From positions 932,751 to 996,750 of the forward strand of contig OZ316898.1 of assembly GCA_973895155.1 (NCBI GenBank): a DNA stretch of 64,000 nucleotides. Reading direction: 5' to 3'. The position numbers and the translations under genes were made by a program. A model generated the notes under the pieces. That model did no database searches and was not told the DNA's origin. It was given only the letters and a program-made list of their open reading frames with translations. Source of the DNA: Marsupella aquatica. Taxonomy: Eukaryota; Plantae; Marchantiophyta. Positions 52,901-64,000 of the stretch are shown here, in pieces (the stretch's first letter is position 1; every line of letters begins with the position of its first letter).

Positions 52901-54672
52901 GAGCTCCAAGAAGATACACTGGGACAAGTTGAAGCTTGTGGTGGGGATAATAAAGTAATCTGCCCTTGTTGATGGCGTCAAGGGTCACAGGAAGAGCGTC
53001 TGCAAACAAACCTTGGCCAAGTAGCTTTGCTGCATCAGCTGATACGATCTTCAACAAAGCTAGCCGAATAAGATTCACTAAATTTGCCTTCAATCCAGTC
53101 CAGGGCACCCCAACCATATTCAGACACAAGTTTCATTAGACCAGCTTCCAAAAACACTTTTACCAAATTAAGGTGAGTAATTGTACTACAGCACACCAAT
53201 TGTCCAACCAAGGGCTACTGTATGGTGGCTCACAAAGGCAGCTAAAACCCCTAAGTAAAAGAAAAATTATGCCCCATGTATACATGCAGCTGTGTGATAA
53301 ATTGCTGTCTCTGAATACTCACCTGAACCTTCAAAAACCAATATAATGTTTTGTCCTTAACCAGTAACTAGTGAACCACATACATCAAATGATTGATTGG
53401 TAATTATATTGATTGGTAATTATATCTTCCATAGGCGCAAGGTAATCTATTATTTTCCTATTTTTGCTTCTTATATAAGTATTTAAAGAATGTTTCTTTG
53501 AATTAACTAAAGTAAGTTCACAAAAACTGTCTTGATAAGTTCTTTTTCTAGACAGAACTATATTTCCATAATAAATTTGAACCACCACACATAACATTCA
53601 GTTAAAGTTTTTGCAAACGCATCTCTTTGTCGAGGTTCTTGATGGGCTTCTTGTTGGTCAAAATTCCTTGAGAAGTATGCTTTTAAGTAATTGGTCAAAG
53701 ATGTACCTTGCGCCTATGGAAGAGAATGGCCTCGACAGATTCCGGGGGCAGAAATGTGGCCCCAACCACAGTGACTGACTCTGGAGGAATTTGAAGCTGT
53801 GCTAGCCTAAGGAGAACATCTTCATCTTTGATATGAAACCTCTTATATCTTCCAGTCCTGACCTCCTGCAGGATAAACACTGTTGGTTTTTATAGTGGTT
53901 GCCATTGACACTTTCTGCTTTGTGTTCACCCACATGCATGTATGGAGGTGGTGGGTGCTCTAACTTTGGAGGGAAAACCCTAACGAGTACCTAGGATGAT
54001 TGATTGATAATACATACCTTCTGAAATGCTCCAGGGTTTTCTTTGAAAAGCTCCACTGCTAGCTCACTCATTGAAAACATCTGCAACAATTCAACTAATA
54101 ATCTTCAGAAACTTTCAGTATGCAATAGGATATGCAGGTTTTCTGTCCAATGTATATACACTAGGGCCAGAGGTATTATCTCAAATTGGAATCACCTTTC
54201 CTCTCCTAAGTTTGAAAGATCAGCTACATTTTAGATATGATGCTTGGAAGCTTTTGCACATACATAGTCTAGATAGCGACAGAGATAATCAATGGGTCAT
54301 TCAGCTATTGAGGGCTATAAGGAGGCAAATGATGGCGGCACTAAATCAGTTGCATGGGGTATGACATATCATTGTAGATGTTTGCATTTGTTACAAAGAT
54401 TGAATCAAAACAAATGTGTGATAGATGCATCATAATCCTAAATATGTGGTTAGATTTACAGCTATGGTTGAATATTTCATAGCTTAATGCGCTAGCTTAT
54501 GTTTTTCAGATGAATCCAAAGACCCTCTCAATTACAGCAAAGAGCAACGATCAATTCATACCAGCCCCAAAGGAGTTCTAAAAATGTGGAGCACACACAG
54601 GCCATTCATCTCAACTTCTGTGACATCGATAGGGTTATTCTCCAGGGCCTTTTCTTCTTTAGTACTCTCCAT
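49954..54672 (-). CDS. ZMYND12: ZMYND12 / p38-like axonemal inner-arm dynein-associated TPR-like protein, ~403 aa
   Basis: Exons 54672-54562, 54080-54018, 53865-53707, 53087-52899, 52519-52373, 51612-51487, 50861-50658 and 50166-49954, all phase 0 GT-AG; QLVPVYLLGAQANLGLGRTVQSEDML and LLGRLY...YGHMDLRNSLGIYSL match ZMYND12 as I recall it; the first two exons are less certain. Confidence 0.82.
53425..53723. repeat. 20-bp perfect inverted repeat spanning the ZMYND12 exon 3 donor
   Basis: tcttccataggcgcaaggta (53425-53444) is the reverse complement of taccttgcgcctatggaaga (53704-53723). Confidence 0.95.
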
Positions 54673-56198
54673 GATGGAAAGTACAATGTAGAGTCACCTA
54701 GAGCCCAGGCTGAAGGATGCCCAAATAAGAATTGAAGTGTACACCAACATTTAAGTCAATGCAGCAGCTAATTATCCCAAAACTCCATCGTCCTCTTCAT
54801 TGTGGTGTGGCGTTGAATTATCTTATGCAAGATGTCCATATAAATGGAATGATTGAATTTTTCCCATGATTGTCATGTCCACTGTCTCCTCTTTGGAAGC
54901 GGAAATGATTCAGATTATAATTATATTATTAGATCACAAATGTTTTGGGAATGCAATGCAAACAATCAACTGTATGCAAGGAACCTTTTGGAGACTTTAC
55001 AATTGGGTATTGAGGCAGACTTGGGAGGGTTTTGTGAGCCCTGAAGGCTATGGATGGGAAATGGATCACACTAAAAGCAAGGTCACTAGCTGTGATCAAA
55101 CAGCTTTGTGATTCACCTTCCAAGAGATTTATTAAACGCCTATGTCAATTGAGTTGCTATCTTGACTTTCAGACGGTCAAGATTTGAAAGCAAATAAGAA
55201 ATTTGGAGAAACTCAAATTTACTGGACAGGTAGCCTTGTGAAATGCTTATCACTAACTAAGTGACATCAAATGGGGACCTCAACTTAGCTTGTTTAACCT
55301 GTGAAGGTTATCTAAACCATCCATGGTAAAGATATTAGTGACCAGTCCTAAGACATACAGTAAATCCTTCCTCTATGACAAGGGCGAAGTCTACTTATTG
55401 TTTACGGTTTATATTACCTTGAGATTCAATTGCCCTAACTTACATATTTACCTACGGTTAGAATTATGGAGATTTTATTACTAGTCCTTCAGTTGATGGT
55501 CCAACCACTTTTTTTTGTCTTCAAAGGAAACAAGGAAGAACAATTTACTACTTAGTTTCCCCACCCCAATAAGCACATACATTCATTGTAGGGAACCCAT
55601 TTCAGGGTGAGCCCCCAGTTAATGGACCAAGCACTTGAACGCCGGCCGACAAACGGACCAAGCACTGGAACTCAAGTCTTGAACCTGGCTTCTAGATGGA
55701 CTGGGGAAGAGCTAGTAAGTGCCTCTTTTCCTTACTCCATGTTTTTTGCTTTTTTGGCAGCTTGACATAAATGTTTTTCTTACCTTACTTGAAAGTAAAG
55801 CCTGGATGGACCGAGTGGTGCCCCCATGGATTTACAGAGCTGGGATGGACTGACTCCTAATATCAAAATTTGTTTGGATAGCACTCTTTACAGTTTTGAC
55901 TCATATGTGACCTCTAAACAGGCTCGTGACCATTTGCAGCTGGTTTCCATTAATATGCGCCCATGATGGTAAGTCACGGCTCACGCAAACTCCTCAGGGC
56001 GTCCTTCATAAAAGTTAAGTGTCTTTTCCAAAATTGGTCAGTACTGAGGGCGTTCTTCACAAAAGTGCGTCCGTTGGCTGTTAGGTTATGATATTCGATC
56101 ATCTTTGTATCATCGACAATGGAGCAAATGGTTTCAGACAAAAATAAAACTTTGTGAGGTAATAGATTGGATGTCTGAGAACCGGCTGGAAAGTTTTG

Positions 56199-56567
56199 TT
56201 TTTTCTGGCCTTGAAAACCAGAAGAATTCCATTAACGTGGTCAGAATACAAAACGGGGGCCCCGAAACGGGACCACCCATTGGGACCAAAGGTCAGTGTG
56301 CCAAAGCTGGAAGGGCCAGAACTAGGCAAGAAGACTGAGCCTCCGTGAAGGCAACCAAACAAGAGATTGGAGACTACCAAAGGAGCAGCACACTCCCAAA
56401 GCCCCGCCAGTGTTTGGGGACCCGCGAGGTCCCTTCTAGTGGGTCCGTGATAAAGATTCCTCTATCAGTCTAGCAGTAGTGCAGCTTTGAGACCTGCAAG
56501 GGATGGATCCTCATGGTGGGCGTGGGGGACTGGTTGGACTCAGAGTGACTGTGGCTTTGTGTATGCT
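56199..56567 (-). mobile_element. 5'-truncated LINE (or SINE) insertion
   Basis: Exact 18-bp TSD accggctggaaagttttg (56181-56198 and 56568-56585); short minus-strand A tail after ggttttcaaggccag. Confidence 0.85.
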
Positions 56568-57508
56568 ACCGGCTGGAAAGTTTTGAGCTGAAACGGAGAT
56601 CCAAATGTTGTTTAAAAAAATGCACAAGTTTGCTGAAAACTAGCATTTCACAGTTGGTAGAGACACCTGGAAAAATTACTCGAGGCATCATTCTCAAAAG
56701 TGAAGAGTCCTTCTAAAGATAGCCAGGCAATGTGAATTTTGGGTGTAAAACAGAAACATTATGATTGTGTGCAAAACAAACCCCTCGTCTTAACTTTCTA
56801 CCTTACTTGGACTTTGGATGTATTTTAAATGGCGTAGGGAACTCCATTATTGAAAACCTGTAGAAGCAGTTTGGTAACTCTCCAGGAGGCCACGGACCAT
56901 GGCCCTTGCATAGGCCTTCCGGCTAAAGTCTCAGCCCAATTGAAAGCAAGAGAAATGGATCACTAGCTCTAAGATGCGATCAAAAACATTTGTGCCACTC
57001 CATTGCTCCCATATTACAGATTCAAGCCTGCTGCCTAAGAAAGTGGTCAATTAAGTCAGCACAAACTTTGCAAGTACTCACTGCATTTTCAAAAACATAT
57101 GTGATATCTTGACGACTAACTCAACAGGGCATATGTGCCAATTTATTAAAGGTAATTTGGGCTCTCTGTTTAAGCCAAAAAAAAATCCAGCATGGTCTTT
57201 GATGTCCAATCTACTGCCTGATGATGTTGGAGCCTTTTTTGAGATCATTACTTCATTTCTAATGAACACAAAAATGGTCAAATATTATAAACATGATCTA
57301 TTTCACTTAACACTTGGAAAAATGCATGTGAGTCAATTCAAATTCTGTGTTCCTGAGTAATGTCATGACATCTTTCAAGTTCCAGTTTGTCAAGTCATCA
57401 AGCTATCGAGCTACCAAGGAGACCCGTTCAGTAGTGTAACTGGAACCAGTATGTGGGTCTAGTTGGGATCTGTTAGTAACATTGATTAATTTTCTGACCA
57501 TTTTTGTA

Positions 57509-57844
57509 TCTATTGGCCACTCTACCAAAAGGCAAAATTTGTTTGTTGCCAAAAACCATTTTTCTATCAATTGGACTCTACCAAAAGGCAAAATTTGTTT
57601 GGTGCCAAAAAATTAGGAAAGTTGTTTGATGTGGTAAAGGGAAAGGGGGTAGGTTAAATAGGGTTAAGCGGGGGAGGATTGGGGTGCGTGTGTGTTCTTT
57701 TTTACAATTGCTCCATCCATTACAACATTGTTGAGAGCAGGAAATTAACAACTTGTTGATACATAACTCTGGCAAGTACGTGGTTACATGGGGTTAACTG
57801 GAGCACAACTTAATCATGGTTAAGTGCTGCTTAGGTTAGACTAG
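57509..57844 (+). mobile_element. Non-autonomous Helitron candidate
   Basis: A|TC start, subterminal stem acttaa-tcatgg-ttaagt, CTAG|T end, no TSD. Confidence 0.5.
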
Positions 57845-58986
57845 TGGAGAAGGCCTATACCTTGGAGGAACACTTTATTGTGCTCACACTAGAGATCAAT
57901 GGTCAAGAGTTGGAGACTGGAAAGAAAGAAGAATATTGTGTCATGGAGCTCAGTTTGTGACTACCGTAGCCAATGTATGGTGTTAGTGTCCCGGGGTCCT
58001 CACTTCTTTTCTTCCGACCCATCACTTGCGAATAAGTATAGGGTTTTTTATTGGGTTTAGTGAAATACTTTTAAATTTTTGTTGAAGAACATTAGGGTTA
58101 TTTTAATCCAATTTTGAGAATTATAAGAAGCATAGGGTTTTTAAAATCAAATATGAGAATATTCTTGGAATATTCCATTAAGTTAAGGGTAAAAAATGTC
58201 TAAAAAACCCTTTATTGACCTAACTTTTAGGGTGTTTATTCCCCCAAAACTTTGAGCATGATATGGGACACCCCTTGGATTGAGGCCCCCGAGGTTAGTG
58301 TATAGTGAATTTTTTCTTTTGGTCATAGACACACCCTAAACTGGGCAAACCAAACATCTCTATGTCAAAATAGATTGTATATTGTGCACTAGTTCCATGT
58401 GACAACATGGTGGGCCAATTTTATCTCAACATAACTAACAATATTAAGGATGTACATCCCCTGGGCCTCACTAAGGAAAATGTAATGAGATATACATGTG
58501 ACCGAAGCCTCCCAGGTACCCTTTCTTATATTTTGGAGGAACATTTAAATCTATTTTGTTTGTTCTAAAATGAAATTTTAGTTCTATATACAATCCTCCT
58601 AAGTTATTAGAATCTTTGATATTTTAGTATTTGAAATACCCTCTTCGTACTCACACTCTTTCCTCATTTATAAAGGACAAAAGTTAAAGAAAAAGGGGGG
58701 ATTGGGGGGGGGGGATCTTGTAGTGTTTGATGATGATGATTTGGTGGAGAATAGATGTGGAGGCCTAGAATGGGGGGAAAGTTAATTGTACACTCATTCA
58801 CTTGGCATGGTGTGGTTAAGAAAAATGGGAGAGAAATATACATGCATCTATTTTGGCATGACATCAATGCATGCACATTATGTAATGCAATCTGACATTA
58901 GTTCTCATTTTTTGTTCCACATGTGTTCTCACATGCAAAGCATCTAGATGTTCCAATAAGAAACATCCAATGACCAAGAATTGAAG

Positions 58987-59975
58987 GAGATATATGCTTG
59001 ATGGGCCCCCTGGTGAACCTTTCTTACCTGATGGGCCCCTAGGTAACTTTTTTACCAAGTAGGACCCCTCTTAATGACCAGTACACCTGTTATTGTGTGG
59101 TGCCTACACCTGTCCTTGTGTGGTGCCTACTATGTATAGTGACTCCAAGCAAACTGCATAGTTGAACCGTGCGGTCAACCTTGCATGGTCGACCAAGAAA
59201 CCCCGGAGATGATTTGGGAGAAACCGCGAAAAGCGACTGCCGCTGTCGAAACTGCAATTTGAAGACAATATGCATTATGTCTTCGGATTCAATGGGTTAA
59301 TGCCTGAAGACTCAATGGATTATGTCTTCCCGTGTTTCAAGGTTTAGGGTGTACCCCTACACCTTTGGGTCTGTCTTCTTTTGAAATTGTTTGTATGCAT
59401 TGCACAGGGGAGTATTACCATTTTTGAGCGCATTTGTCAATCATTTGCCAATTTTTGTTGTGGCGGCAGTAGGCAAATTCTGAACATTGAACTTGAATAT
59501 TATTTGTGGACATTTGGAGGTACCCCACACTGACGCTGACAGTCGTGCATGAAAACATCGTGAAAAACCCATGTGCGCAACGTGAAAAACATACCTAATA
59601 ACTACCCCACGATACGGTAAAAACTTGAACCCGAAGACATAATCCATTGTGTCTTCAGGCATTAACCCAGTGAATCCAAAGACATAATGCATATTGTCTT
59701 CAAATTGCAGTTTCGACAGCGGCAGTCGTTTTTGCGGTTTCTCCCGAATCATCTCCGTGGCTTCTCGGTCGACCATGCAAGGTTGACCGCACGGTTCAAC
59801 TGTGCAGTTTGCTTGGAGTCACCATACATAGTAGGCACCACACAAGGACAGGTGTAGGCACCACACAAGAACAGGTGTACTGGTCATTAAGAGGGGTCCT
59901 ACTTAGTAAAAAAAGTTACCTAGGGGCCCATCAGGTAAGAAAGGTTCACCAGGGGGCCCATCAAGCATATATCTT
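58987..59975. mobile_element. Non-autonomous Mutator-like (MULE) foldback element, copy A
   Basis: 343-bp TIRs (58987-59329 and 59633-59975) starting GAGATATATGCTT; 10-bp TSD agaattgaag (58977-58986 and 59976-59985). Confidence 0.93.
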
Positions 59976-60466
59976 AGAATTGAAGTGACACTTTTGTCCC
60001 ACCTAATTGTTCACACAAGTGTTCACACATGAAAAGAATCTAGATAGTCCAATTACATAGATCCAATGGTTAAGAATTTATGAGGTGATGTGGATTTTTT
60101 CGTGAATTCTTAGAATTACAAGAGTTTCTAACTAGACCCGTAACAATATGCAAAAGATAGATGAACCTGCCATGTAAACAATGTTATTTGAGTCAATTTC
60201 AAGGTTTTGGGAAAATGCATCTGAGCTTTGCATTCAAGTCCACTTTACAGACAAAGTGGAGCTTTGCAAGTCCAGGCTTCACATACAAAGTGGAGGTCCA
60301 TCCTAGTTTCAGATTCCTGGAAAGTAGATGCACAAGAGGATGGCACGAGTCAAACTGAGAATAATCTTTATTATCCAAAGCATGATCCACGTGATTACTC
60401 CTATTTCGCACGCTTTCACAAGCTGAATAGCTGAATGGTGCACACACACTTCCTTAGCGAGTTGAG

Positions 60467-61468
60467 GAGATATATGCTTGATGGGCCCCTTGGTGAACCT
60501 TTCTTACCTGATGGACCCCTAGGTAACTTTTTTTACCAAGTAGGACCCCTCTTAATGACCAGTACACCTGTTCTTGTGTGGTGCCTACACCTGTCCTTGT
60601 GTGGTGCCTACTATGTATGGTGACTCCAAGCAAACTGCACAGTTGAACCGTGCGGTCGACTTTACATGGTCAACCAAGAAACCACAGAGATTATTCGGGA
60701 AAAACCGTGAAAAGCGACTGCCGCTATCGAAACTGCGATTTGAAGACAATATGCATTATGTCTTCGGATTCACTAGGTTAATGCCTGAAGACACAATGGA
60801 TTATGTCTTTGGGGTTCAAATTTTTACCGTATCGTGGGGTACTAGTTATTAGGTATGTTTTTCATGTTGCGCACATGGGTTTTTCATGATGTTTTCATGC
60901 ACGACTGTCAGCGTCAGTATGGGGTACCTCCAAATGTCCACAAAGAATATTCAAGTTCAATGTTCAGAATTTGCCTACTGCCGCCACAACAAAAATTGGC
61001 AAATGATTGACAATTGCGCTCAAAAAATGGTAATACTCCCTGTGCAATGCATACAAACAATTTCAAAAGAAGACAGACCCAAAGGTGTCGGGGTACACCC
61101 TAAACCCTAAACCTTGAAACACGGGAAGACATAATCCATTGAGTCTTCAAGCATTAACCCATTGAATCCGAAGACATAATGCATATTGTCTTCAAATCAT
61201 AGTTTTGACAGTGACAGTCTCTTTTCGCGGTTTCTCTCGAATCATCTCCATGGTTTCTCGGTCGACCATGCAAGGTTGACCGCACGGTTCAACTATGCAG
61301 TTTGCTTGGAGTCACCATATATAGTAGGCACCACACAAGGACAGGTGTAGGCACCACACAAGAACAGGTGTACTGGTCATTAAGAGGGGTCCTACTTGGT
61401 AAAAAAAGTTACCTAGGGGCCCATCAGGTAAGAAAGGTTCACCAGGGGGCCCATCAAGCATATATCTC
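60467..61468. mobile_element. Non-autonomous MULE foldback element, copy B (inverted relative to A)
   Basis: Same TIRs; internal ~300 bp is the reverse complement of that in copy A; 10-bp TSD gcgagttgag / gtgagttgag (60457-60466 and 61469-61478). Confidence 0.93.
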
Positions 61469-62015
61469 GTGAGTTGAGTCAGCACCAAAGATTAGTTGTT
61501 GCATCTTGGAAGGTGACATTGTGAAGGTGATGTCTACCAAAGCAACATTATATTAAGAGTATTATCAGATTGTCAGTAGATTCCAGAAAAAAAACTCCTC
61601 GATGTGCTGAACCATAGATGATTTACTACAATTAAACGGCTCAGGAGTGTGGCAGATGATGCCATGTGTTGCCTTTTCCTCTTTTCCATCGTTGGTATAC
61701 AAGCAGGCATATACTAACAAAGGTGTCGCTGATGCTTGCTCCAAGCATATATATCTCTATTTAACTCGATCGGAGCACAAACTCTGTCAACTTCCGAAGT
61801 TCCGAGTGTTGTAAAACACTTGCTCGTAAGTCACTTAGGAGATTAAGCTTTTCTCTTAGTTAGCTTAACCTGCGCCTCCATTCTTACTTCCGGCCGCTCT
61901 CTTCCCTACTGTCGACCCTAGGTTACTACCTTCCCTCCGTTGATTCCCCTCTCCCTAATTCCTACTTATAGTCAGGCGCTCAGTCCTATGTAGCAATAGA
62001 TTAGTGTTACCAACA

Positions 62016-62028
62016 TGGTATCAGAGCC
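62016..62028 (+). promoter_or_regulatory. Primer binding site (tRNA-iMet)
   Basis: TGGTATCAGAGCC directly after the LTR-terminal CA. Confidence 0.92.
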
Positions 62029-62336
62029 ATGCTCTGATTAGTGTCCTCAGATCAGCGACCTCAGGTATCATGCGTGTTCAGGTAGAAAGTTCCCTGACAC
62101 TTCGTACCAGCAACATTCTAGATTTACTCGCCGTGTACTCAGGTTGAAAGTTCCCTGACTAACACGAGCACTGCTTAGAACATTCCTTGCTTGATTAGAG
62201 CAACTACTGACATTCATAAGATTAGATTTGACTCAATCGACTCATTGCTTTGCTCAGGTTGAAAGGTTCCCTGACACATCACTATTCTGCATTTTTTCCC
62301 ATTCTTCTCATTCGTGAATCAATCGTTTTTTTTACC

Positions 62337-64000
62337 ATGGAACTACTGAGGATATTCTCCAACACCGATAAGCTAGATGGCACCAGTAACCACATGGCCT
62401 GGACCATTGTGGTTAAGAACCTTCTGAAAAAGGAAGACGTGTTTCATGAACTCAACTTCAACGCCAAGCCTGACGCCAACGGCAACTTCATAGATGGCGG
62501 AGCCCATCTGACCGCCAAGGAGAAACAAAAGAAGAAGGACAAAGCTGTCACCATCCTTGCATCTACAGTGAAGTCCAAATTTCTGTCCACAGTGGACAAG
62601 TTCTCCGACGATCCAGCCAAGTGTTGGGAGCATTTTCATCAACGCTTTGGTGGAGATCTACTACAACGCCAGATGTTCCTAATGCAGAAGCTTTAGACTA
62701 CACACATGGTCGAGGGGAGCTTTGTGGAACTCTACATCAACCGGATCAACGAGCTGGCCGGACAGCTTTCCAGCATCAACGCCGAAGTGGACGAAACACG
62801 TCTCATGCATATCGTGCTACAAGGCCTTCCGCTCAGCTGGAATGCATTTGTTTCTATTTTCAGTGTTGATCTCTCTCGTACTCCTAAACCAAATTTTTCT
62901 AACCTTCTTGAACGTTTGCAATCAGATGAATACTGGAGGAAGGCCAAACAGGCTCAGGCTGAGTCTCACGAAGAAGCTATGGCTGTTACACGTTCATTCA
63001 CTCGCAGCCGGGGATGACCTTTTCATCGCCCGGATTCTTATCCACCTCGCAACAACTTCCGCAACCCTCCGCCTCAATCTCAATCTCGGCCCAATCCTGC
63101 TCTCTCAGCTGGATGTGGGCGGCGAATCGGCACCTGCAACTACTGTGGAAAGACTGGTCACTGGGAACCAGAATGTGATCTAAAGAAACTAGATTCTCAA
63201 ATCGCTGATCTTCAACTCAAAGCTGCTGGGATACGCAGGTACCAACCTCAAGCCAACAGTGTTGAGACCCCTCCTGACTACTACGATGGATCTGAGGACA
63301 CCACAGAAGTCTACAACAACAATGAGCACGGTGAGTATTTTGAAGCAAACTACTCTGAGCTTGACACAACTAGCCATAGTCCTAGTGAGTGGATACTCGA
63401 CTCCGGCGCAAGCACTCACGTTACAGGAGACAATTCTGTCTTCCGCACTATCAACGCCGGCTCTCACTCCGAATCAGTGACTACTGCTAGCGGTACTCAG
63501 CTGCCTGTAGCTGGACATGGTACCATTTCTATTGATTGCAATAAAGAGATCAACAAAGTTTTGTACGTGCCTGGTCTTCAACGAAATCTTCTCTCCATTG
63601 GGTCCCTCACCGACGCAGGCCATCTCATTCTTTTCAATTCAAAATCCTGCTTTGTTTTTGACAAGGACAATCCGTCTAACATCTTCCTCAGAGGAGCTCG
63701 CGATCCTTGCAACCGCCTCTACAAACTGCGTCAACCACTGCCGTTAGTTGCTTCACACTCATGTCATTCTGGCTTACTTCAGCAGTCCCCTATTTTTCTC
63801 ACAGAAGTCTCTCACACCGACATTGTCGACCTCTGGCATCGTCGCCTCAATCACGTGAATTACCAGATGGTACATCACATGTCCACGGGGTCCTTAGTCA
63901 CTGGGATACCACCCCTTCCTCGGGTAAAACGGGTTTGTGACACCTGTGTTCTAGGCAAACACCATCGGGACAAAGCTCCCAAATATTCTCGCTCTCGATC
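62337..64000 (+). pseudogene. Copia gag-protease-integrase polyprotein with two nonsense codons
   Basis: One frame: gag (KLDGTSNHMAW, VLQGLPLSW), zinc knuckle CNYCGKTGHWEPEC, protease WILDSGASTHVTG, VLYVPGLQRNLLS, integrase HHCC LWHRRLNH...CDTC; stops TAG 62694-62696 and TGA 63015-63017. Confidence 0.92.

Larger units (their letters stand above)
61690..64000 (+). mobile_element. Ty1/copia LTR retrotransposon, 5' part (runs off the window)
   Basis: 5' LTR ~61690-62015 (cgttggta...taccaaca), PBS tggtatcagagcc at 62016-62028 (tRNA-iMet type), followed by gag-pol. Confidence 0.93.

Noticed and set aside
53865-54672. Resemblance of the ZMYND12 N-terminus to eIF3h/MPN (VEMNGLCVLHI)
   Set aside because: Too short and lacks the rest of the MPN core; a degenerate MYND region is more parsimonious
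59441-61110. ORFs of 62-111 aa within the foldback elements
   Set aside because: They lie in TIR sequence, show no transposase motifs, and are not kept open between copies

Overview
Eukaryotic land-plant nuclear DNA. It most likely comes from a bryophyte such as a liverwort, inferred from the presence of a motile-cilium gene. Four host genes are readable: a single-exon MAKR/BKI1-family kinase regulator (24459-26066 +), a 4-exon peroxisomal enoyl-CoA hydratase ending in SKL (31252-32758 +), a 10-exon ABCG11-like half transporter (41522-35909 -) and an 8-exon ZMYND12/p38-like inner-arm dynein subunit with a degenerate MYND finger (54672-49954 -). The rest is transposon-rich. The most unusual object is a 4.3-kb TG...CA element with a 5-bp TSD (17247-21557). 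It looks like a solo LTR, yet it carries a ~617-codon orphan coiled-coil ORF and a GC-rich array of palindromes. Also present are two inverted ~1-kb Mutator-like foldback elements with 343-bp TIRs and 10-bp TSDs, the 5' part of a Ty1/copia element, TA-flanked MITEs, mini-Helitron candidates, a tRNA-derived SINE, LINE 3' fragments and many short tandem duplications. A 20-bp intronic inverted repeat is exactly complementary to a ZMYND12 splice donor. All calls were made by eye; no database searches were run.
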